From NCBI GenBank assembly GCA_964016885.1, contig OZ024745.1, positions 84,940,001 to 85,004,000 on the forward strand: a stretch of 64,000 nucleotides of DNA, given 5' to 3'. This DNA is from Eledone cirrhosa (taxonomy: Eukaryota). The notes beneath the pieces were generated by a model. That model ran no database searches. It saw only the letters and a list, made by a program, of their open reading frames with translations, and was not told where the DNA came from. The position numbers and the translations under genes were made by a program. The stretch's first letter is position 1, and the number at the start of each line of letters is the position of its first letter. Of this stretch, positions 51,086 to 64,000 are shown piece by piece.

Positions 51086-54049
51086 TTAATAAGAGGAATT
51101 CCAACTTTGTCTGATTTACTCGTTTTATTTACAATCCTTTAAAATATATAATGGTATTATAATGAAATAGTATGATAGAATATTAAGTTCTAAGTGTTAA
51201 TTGAACATAATGAAATAGTATGATAGAATATTAAATTCTAAGTGTTAATTGAACAAGTACTTTCATGCTTTCGCAATCTTCAGGTTCATAATATGTGGTG
51301 ACAGTCGAGTTTGCAATTTTCAACTGTAATGAGATGGGTAAATTTCCTACCTTTTATACATTTTATACAGAGAAAAGTGGCTCCAGAATGCGAAACCCTG
51401 TAAACTGTATTTCGACCAATCAGTGTGTAGTTTCACTGAATTACTAAAGCTGATTGGTTTAAGCGTCACGGCTGGTTGAGCATGCTAACGACCAATAGTC
51501 ATATCCAACGCATCAATTGTTTTGCTATTTTTAGAAATGATGAAAATAGCATTTTCTATTAATCATCACCATCAACATCACTTTTATTATTATTATTATT
51601 GTTGTTGTTGTTGTTGTTAGTGGTCGTGGTCATAGTGGTAGTAGAAGTAATACCCCTAGGCGTTATTATTGTTCATTTAGCTTGGTTTTGAATTTATCAA
51701 TAAAATTCTTTTCTTTGATTTTTCTCTTGATTTCACTTGGGCTGTGTAATTTGTAGAATGGGAATATTATAAATATTCCCTGACCACATGTTGCCAGGTG
51801 GCCGCTTAGGGGTATCTGACGGACATTTGGGTCTCTGATTTGTTGACGGTGTACCCGTGCACGTTCCGATAGTGCATTTCCAGTTTGACCGACATATAGT
51901 TCTTCACAATTCGGGCATTTAATGCAGTAAATTAGATTTCTGCTTTTGCAGTTCATATTTGCATTTGGGAATATTTTTCCAGTTTTTGTTTTCATATATT
52001 GACCGGCGTGTATGGATTGACATGTACCGCATCGACTATCATTGCATTTAGATACAGTGAATGATTGGTCTTTGTTGTTAAGGTCAAACTTTGCTTTTGT
52101 TAGTAATTGCTTCAAACTTTTTGGCTGTCTTTGAGAGTCAAAGATCGATCTGTGATTAAGCCTTTTAATTCATTACTTTGAGCAATGATCGGTAGGTTTG
52201 CTTTGGCAGTGTTGAAGATATTCTGGTGACATGGGTTGTGTGTCATTATAAATGGTATGACCAGTTCTTGGTTTCTTCTTCCTTGGGTTGTTCTAAGTTG
52301 TTGTATAGGTATTTTTATAGCCCGCTGTATTCCATTTTCTATAAGTAGAGATGGGTATTTTTGTTTGAGCAAAAATTCTTTTAGTTCTGTTAGGCGTTTG
52401 TACCTGGTATTCGTATCTTCTACAATGGTACAAATTCTTCTGGCTAGGCAGTATGGGATGTTGCGTTTTGTATGAGGTGGATGGCACGACTTAAAATTCA
52501 GATATTGATGGGTGTCTGTGTGTTTATAATATATATCCGTGGTAATGGTGGTGTCGTTTTTGATTATCATTATATCTAGGAATGGTAATTTGGTCCTACT
52601 CATCTCTTTTGTGAATTGGAGAGATGGGTGTAGGTTATTCAGGAGGATATTGAACTCATCCAGAGTATCTAGAGATTCTGTCCAGATGATGAAACAGTCG
52701 TCAAGGTATCTCTTCCAAGATTTTTCAATGTACTTTCTAAAGTCAGTACTATATTTTTCCTCTATTTCTTGGTAGAGTTGTTGTTCTAAGTATCCCATTA
52801 CAGAGTTCGCGTAAACGGGAGCAAACTTCGTTCCCATCGCTGTGCCTCTAATTTGGATGTAATTCTTTCCATTGAAGAAGAAAGTGTTGTTTTCCAGAAT
52901 AAGTTTAACTGCGTCTAATATAAATGGCGCTGTGAATCTAATGGGAATCACTTCTCTATGTTTTTCCACCCAGTATTTAACCGCCTTTATTCCTAAATCA
53001 TGTGTAATGTTGGTGTAAAGGCTTACCATATCAAAACTGAGTAGAAGTGAATTCGTTTCCGTGGTTTTGGGAAGATGGGACAGGAAGTCGATATCATCCC
53101 GGATGAAACTGGGTATGTGAATACATAGTGGTTTCAAAATAATGTCAACAAAGACGGTGGGTGGGGCATGTTGGACCAGCTATAATAGGTCTAAGTTTTA
53201 AGTCTTTTGGGTGTAATCATTTAATGTACTCACTGTTTTGTTCTCTTACTGCCAGTTGTATTTCTTTTGACTTATGAGCTTTCGGTAGGCCATACAGGTT
53301 GCTGGGTTTCGGCTCAAAATTGGTGATGTAGTCTCTTTCCTTATCAGTAAATGAGTTGTGGTATTTTGAAGCCAGGTTGTTGATCTTCTTCATGATGTTG
53401 TGGTCTATATTTGACGGTATTTCATGATAGAATGTTGTGTCTTTCAGTTGTTCCTCAACCAAATCCTTGTAGTATTCAGTATCCATTATAACAACTGCAC
53501 CCCCTTTATCTGCTTGTTTAATTATTATTGTTTTATCATTTTGTATACGTTTAAGTGCAGACATTTCTGATTTGTTAATGTTTGGCCTAACATTAGTATT
53601 ATGTCTAAGAGGAAATTTAGACAGGATGTCAATGTATTGGTCGAGATAGATATTTCTTCCTTTTGGCGGAGTGAAATTTGATTTATTCTTTACTAGTGAT
53701 TCATCACCCTCATTATTTTTATCAGCGAAGAATTCTACAAGACGTAATTTTCGACAGAATTCTTGGGTATCCTCCTTCAGTTCTTGGTGGTTGACTGTTG
53801 GAGTCGGTGTGAATTTCAGTCCTTTTGACAGAATTTGCATTTCATCATTGTGGGCAATCTCTGTTGAGATCTTGAGAGTGATCTGGTTATTCTACGTTTT
53901 GTTTCCACATTCCTTGTTGGTAGTCTCTGTTGAGATCTTGAGAATGATCTCCTGGTTTTACTACTTCTCATGGTCTGGTCAAAGGAATATCTATCGTGTT
54001 TGTGCTTTTTGTTCATGTTGTGTGCGATAGGGTGTTTTTGTAGAAAAAG
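51086..54049 (-). mobile_element. Neptune-type PLE, inverted 5'-truncated arm (RT + GIY-YIG, frameshifted)
   Basis: ORFs 53217-53840, 52112-53137 and 51666-52115; joined head-to-head to the plus arm through aaag microhomology at 54046-54049. Confidence 0.95.
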
Positions 54050-54156
54050 TTGGAATTCCTCTTATTAATATAATCTTCTATACACAATCATACACACCCG
54101 TGTATATTTACCTATCTATATCTATATATATATATTCCTATTGTGTATATGCCAAC

Positions 54157-55506
54157 ATGTCTGGAAAGCAACAAATGAAACCAACAGAATCAGAAAGAAT
54201 TCTAAAGGAAATATCATCGAAATTATCAACACTTATCACGATGATGGACACACAATCCTCTATTTTAAAGGAAATAGAAAAACAATTCACAGACGAAAAA
54301 CTTATAACTGAACATATAAACTCTGAAATTAAGAATTTAGCTGAAATTATACCAACAGTTATCAAAGATACAAGAGAAAGCCTACCACAACCCCCTTGGA
54401 TGTCAGAAATAAACGAAAGAAATTTGGAAAACAAAACACATCGAATAAGAAAAGAAATGTGGAAGACATGGAAAAAATTCCTTAACATAAGAAAACAAAA
54501 TTTCTGGAAAGCATACAGATGCGAAAAATATGTCGAAACACATTCGAAATGGCTCTCTCTAACGGCACCCATACTCCCTCGTAAATACCTAATTACAGAA
54601 ATTGCAGGAGAACCAGAAGAAGAAACAAAACTCTGATGGGAACTTACATTGACAAAATTCAGGACCGACATCTCCATTTCTAAATGTAAACAATCCCGCT
54701 ACAAAGCCAAATATGAAGCTATTGATGACCAAATTGAAGTTGAAATTTCAAAGCTAACGACTGGTATTATAGCTGAAAAACTACGAGAACTATGGATCGG
54801 AGATATCTCAAAAGAAGAAAACAAATCAAGAAAGGTATGGCAGCAGAAACAATTATTTCTCGATGAATATGCTGCAAATTACGGTAAAGACTCTGGAACC
54901 CTGAGAAAAAGCATTAAAAGTGGACAATCTCATCAACACAACATACGCCAGAACACGTGCCAACACAAACACCCACCTTACCTTGAATCAAAAAAGAACT
55001 ACGGTAATAACTCTTCGCTTTTTCTACAAAAACACCATATCGCACACAACATGAACAAAAAGCACAAACACGATAGATATTCCTTTGACCAGACCATGAG
55101 AAGTAGTAAAACCAGGATATCATTCTCAAGATCTCAACAGAGACGACCAACAAGGAATGTGGAAACAAAACGTAGAATAACCAGATCACTCTCAAGATAT
55201 CAACAGAGATTGCCCACAAGAAACTGGACGAAAAAACGATCTAAACCTGAAAGCAAACCTAGGTCATTTTCCCAGATTGTTAAAAATAATGATAACAGGA
55301 AGAAAAATAATATACAGAATACCAAAAATAGGACAAAATACATAACGAAACCAAATATAATATCACGACCAAAAGTTCATCAAGCGAACACCAACAGGAA
55401 TATAAATCCTGAACAGAGAACAATCCATTTTTTAACGTCAGGACAACAAAAACCGGAAAAAGAAAAACTCCAGGCGGAAACATACCCAAAACAGCTGTAC
55501 ACGTAG
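54157..55506 (+). pseudogene. PLE upstream ORF1 (~449 codons; helical/charged N-half, basic C-half) with one in-frame TGA at 54634
   Basis: ORFs 54100-54636 and 54649-55506 share one frame; ATG at 54157 in gccaacATG context. Confidence 0.7.
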
Positions 55507-55508
55507 AT

Positions 55509-57706
55509 CCTAAAATAATTAATTTATCTAAAAGAGATCTTGACAAATGATGAAATGCAAATTCTGTCAAAAGGACTGAAATTCACACCGACTCCAACAG
55601 TCAACCACCAAGAACTGAAGGAGGATACCCAAGAATTCTGTCGAAAATTACGTCTTGTAGAATTCTTCGCTGATAAAAATAATGAGAGTGATGAATCACT
55701 AGTAAAGAATAAATCAAATTTCACTCCGCCAAAAGGAAGAAATATCTATCTCGACCAATACATTGACATCCTGTCTAAATTTCCTCTTAGACATAATACT
55801 AATGTTAGGCCAAACATTAACAAATCAGAAATGTCTGCACTTAAACGTATACAAAATGATAAAACAATAATAATTAAACAAGCAGATAAAGGGGGTGCAG
55901 TTGTTATAATGGATACTGAATACTACAAGGATTTGGTTGAGGAACAACTGAAAGACACAACATTCTATCATGAAATACCGTCAAATATAGACCACAACAT
56001 CATGAAGAAGATCAACAACCTGGCTTCAAAATACCACAACTCATTTACTGATAAGGAAAGAGACTACATCACCAATTTTGAGCCGAAACCCAGCAACCTG
56101 TATGGCCTACCGAAAGCTCATAAGTCAAAAGAAATACAACTGGCAGTAAGAGAACAAAACAGTGAGTACATTAAATGATTACACCCAAAAGACTTAAAAC
56201 TTAGACCTATTATAGCTGGTCCAACATGCCCCACCCACCGTCTTTGTTGACATTATTTTGAAACCACTATGTATTCACATACCCAGTTTCATCCGGGATG
56301 ATATCGACTTCCTGTCCCATCTTCCCAAAACCACGGAAACGAATTCACTTCTACTCAGTTTTGATGTGGTAAGCCTTTACACCAACATTACACATGATTT
56401 AGGAATAAAGGCGGTTAAATACTGGGTGGAAAAACATAGAGAAGTGATTCCCATTAGATTCACAGCGCCATTTATATTAGACGCAGTTAAACTTATTCTG
56501 GAAAACAACACTTTCTTCTTCAATGGAAAGAATTACATCCAAATTAGAGGCACAGCGATGGGAACGAAGTTTGCTCCCGTTTACGCGAACTCTGTAATGG
56601 GATACTTAGAACAACAACTCTACCGAGAAATAGAGGAAAAATATAGTACTGACTTTAGAAAGTACATTGAAAAATCTTGGAAGAGATACCTTGACGACTG
56701 TTTCATCATCTGGACAGAATCTCTAGATACTCTGGATGAGTTCAATATCCTCCTGAATAACCTACACCCATCTCTCCAATTCACAAAAGAGATGAGTAGG
56801 ACCAAATTACCATTCCTAGATATAATGATAATCAAAAACGACACCACCATTACCACGGATATATATTATAAACACACAGACACCCATCAATATCTGAATT
56901 TTAAGTCGTGCCATCCACCTCATACAAAACGCAACATCCCATACTGCCTAGCCAGAAGAATTTGTACCATTGTAGAAGATACGAATACCAGGTACAAACG
57001 CCTAACAGAACTAAAAGAATTTTTGCTCAAACAAAAATACCCATCTCTACTTATAGAAAATGGAATACAGCGGGCTATAAAAATACCTATACAACAACTT
57101 AGAACAACCCAAGGAAGAAGAAACCAAGAACTGGTCATACCATTTATAATGACACACAACCCATGTCACCAGAATATCTTCAACACTGGCAAAGCAAACC
57201 TACCGATCATTGCTCAAAGTCGATCTTTGACTCTTAGTAAAAGACAGCCAAAAAGTTTGAAGCAATTACTAACAAAAGCAAAGTTTGACCTTAACAACAA
57301 AGACCAATCATTCACTGTATCTAAATGCAATGATAGTCGATGCGGTACATGTCAATCCATACACGCCGGTCAATATATGAAAACAAAAACTGGAAAAATA
57401 TTCCCAAATGCAAATATGAACTGCAAAAGCAGAAATCTAATTTACTGCATTAAATGCCCGAATTGTGAAGAACTATATGTCGGTCAAACTGGAAATGCAC
57501 TATCGGAATGTGCACGGGTACACCGTCAACCAATCAGAGACCCAAATGTCCGTCAGATACCCCTAAGCGGCCACCTGGCAACATGTGGTCAGGGAATATT
57601 TATAATATTCCCATTCTACAAATTACACAGCCCAAGTGAAATCAAGAGAAAAATCAAAGAAAAGAATTTTATTGATAAATTCAAAACCAAGCTAAATGAA
57701 CAATAA
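55509..57706 (+). pseudogene. PLE RT + Cys linker + GIY-YIG endonuclease with stop and frameshifts
   Basis: IINLS, LSKGLKFTP, ADKGGAVV, LYGLPK.HK, RYLDD, CNDSRCGTC, NLIYCIKCPNC..LYVGQT, LN; TGA at 56176 and an 8-bp deletion near 56243. Confidence 0.95.
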
Positions 57707-58276
57707 TAACGCCTCGGGGTATTACTTCTACTACCACTATGACCACGACCACTAACAACAACAACAATAATAATAATAATAAAAGTGATGTTGATGGTGA
57801 TGATTAATAGAAAATGCTATTTTCATCATTTCCAAAAATAGCAAAACAATTGATGCGTTGGATATGACTATTGGTCGTTAGACATGCTCAACCAGCCGTG
57901 ATGCTTAAACCAATCAGCTTTAGTAATTCAGTGAAACTACACACTGATTGGTCGAAATACAGTTTACAGGGCTTCGCATTCTGGAGCCACTTTTCTCTGT
58001 ATAAAATGTATAAAAGGTAGGAAATTTACCCATCTCATTACAGTTGAGAATTGCAAACTCGACTGTCACCACATATTATGAACCCGAAGATTGCTAAAGC
58101 ATGAAAGTACTTGTTCAATTAACACTTAGAATTTAATATTCTATCATACTATTTCATTATAATACCATTATATATTTTGAAGGATTGTAAATAAAACGAG
58201 TAAATCAGACAAAGTTGGAATTCCTCTTATTAATATAATCTTCTATATACAATCATACACACCCGTGTATATTTAC

Positions 58277-63337
<5,061 letters not shown>

Positions 63338-63404
63338 ATATATATATGTATATATATATATATGTGTGTATATATATATGTATATATATATATATGTGTA
63401 TATA

Positions 63405-63491
<87 letters not shown>

Positions 63492-63764
63492 TTTATAATT
63501 ATCTCCAAATTATTTGTCGAGCAATATTGGCCATGACTGCTGCTATGGTAGTAGGCAGGCCGCTGTCTTATTAGCAAACCACTTTCCACTGATTGACCTC
63601 GATGTCACGTGATTGATTCTTTTTGAATTTGCCACAGGCGCAGAGGCAGTGATTTTCTCAATGGCTAGGAATTCAGTCCACGCTTTGCTATTTCCTATTC
63701 ACTGAATTATTTTTTAATAAGTTTCCAGAGTCTTCGCTTTTCCTGGAAACTTAGATGAGAATAG

Positions 63765-63846
63765 ACTTCCCTGACGACGGAATGTTTCTCCATATCTTCT
63801 TCGGAAAATATATTTACTCCATTCCAGAAACTAATTAGTTGGAAGT
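63765..63846 (+). ncRNA. Type I hammerhead ribozyme in insert 63489-63897
   Basis: acttcc-CTGACGA-c.ggaatg...cattcc.a-GAAA-ctaattag-TT-ggaagt; 6-bp stems I and II. Confidence 0.9.
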
Positions 63847-63916
63847 GATATTTTAGTAAGTAAGTTAATTTTATAATTTTCTTATTTTACGTCTCTCATA
63901 TATATATATATGTATA

Positions 63917-63957
<41 letters not shown>

Positions 63958-64000
63958 TATACATTATGAAGAGAGAAGAAACATTTAGATATAATTAGTA

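Noticed and set aside
54634-56178. In-frame TGA codons in the Neptune element as selenocysteine or readthrough
   Set aside because: TGA at 56176 is TTA in the 4.6-kb copy, TGA at 54634 is plausibly CGA decay, and I recognised no SECIS element.

Overview
Animal, very AT-rich repeat region with no host gene; probably a cephalopod such as Octopus (inference from the (TA)n load and SINE type). Roughly half the window is degenerate (TA)n microsatellite, so the hundreds of YI/IY ORFs are artefacts. About 35 retroelement-derived inserts sit in the TA arrays. Six are pieces of two CR1-group LINE families. Penelope-like elements (PLEs; RT plus GIY-YIG) form three families, including a near full-length Neptune-type copy with a head-to-head inverted partner. 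The rest are mostly short non-coding inserts. Reading both strands by hand, about 15 unrelated insert families each carry a type I hammerhead ribozyme (HHR) or a truncated remnant of one. Many are fold-back structures with one tailed arm, two are retrozyme-like direct-repeat units (420 and 590 nt), and two families use the compensatory U3-A8 core. The Neptune element has a ~450-codon upstream ORF that overlaps the RT frame at a U_UUU_UUA heptamer, a candidate -1 programmed frameshift. All folds and alignments were done by eye, with no searches run.
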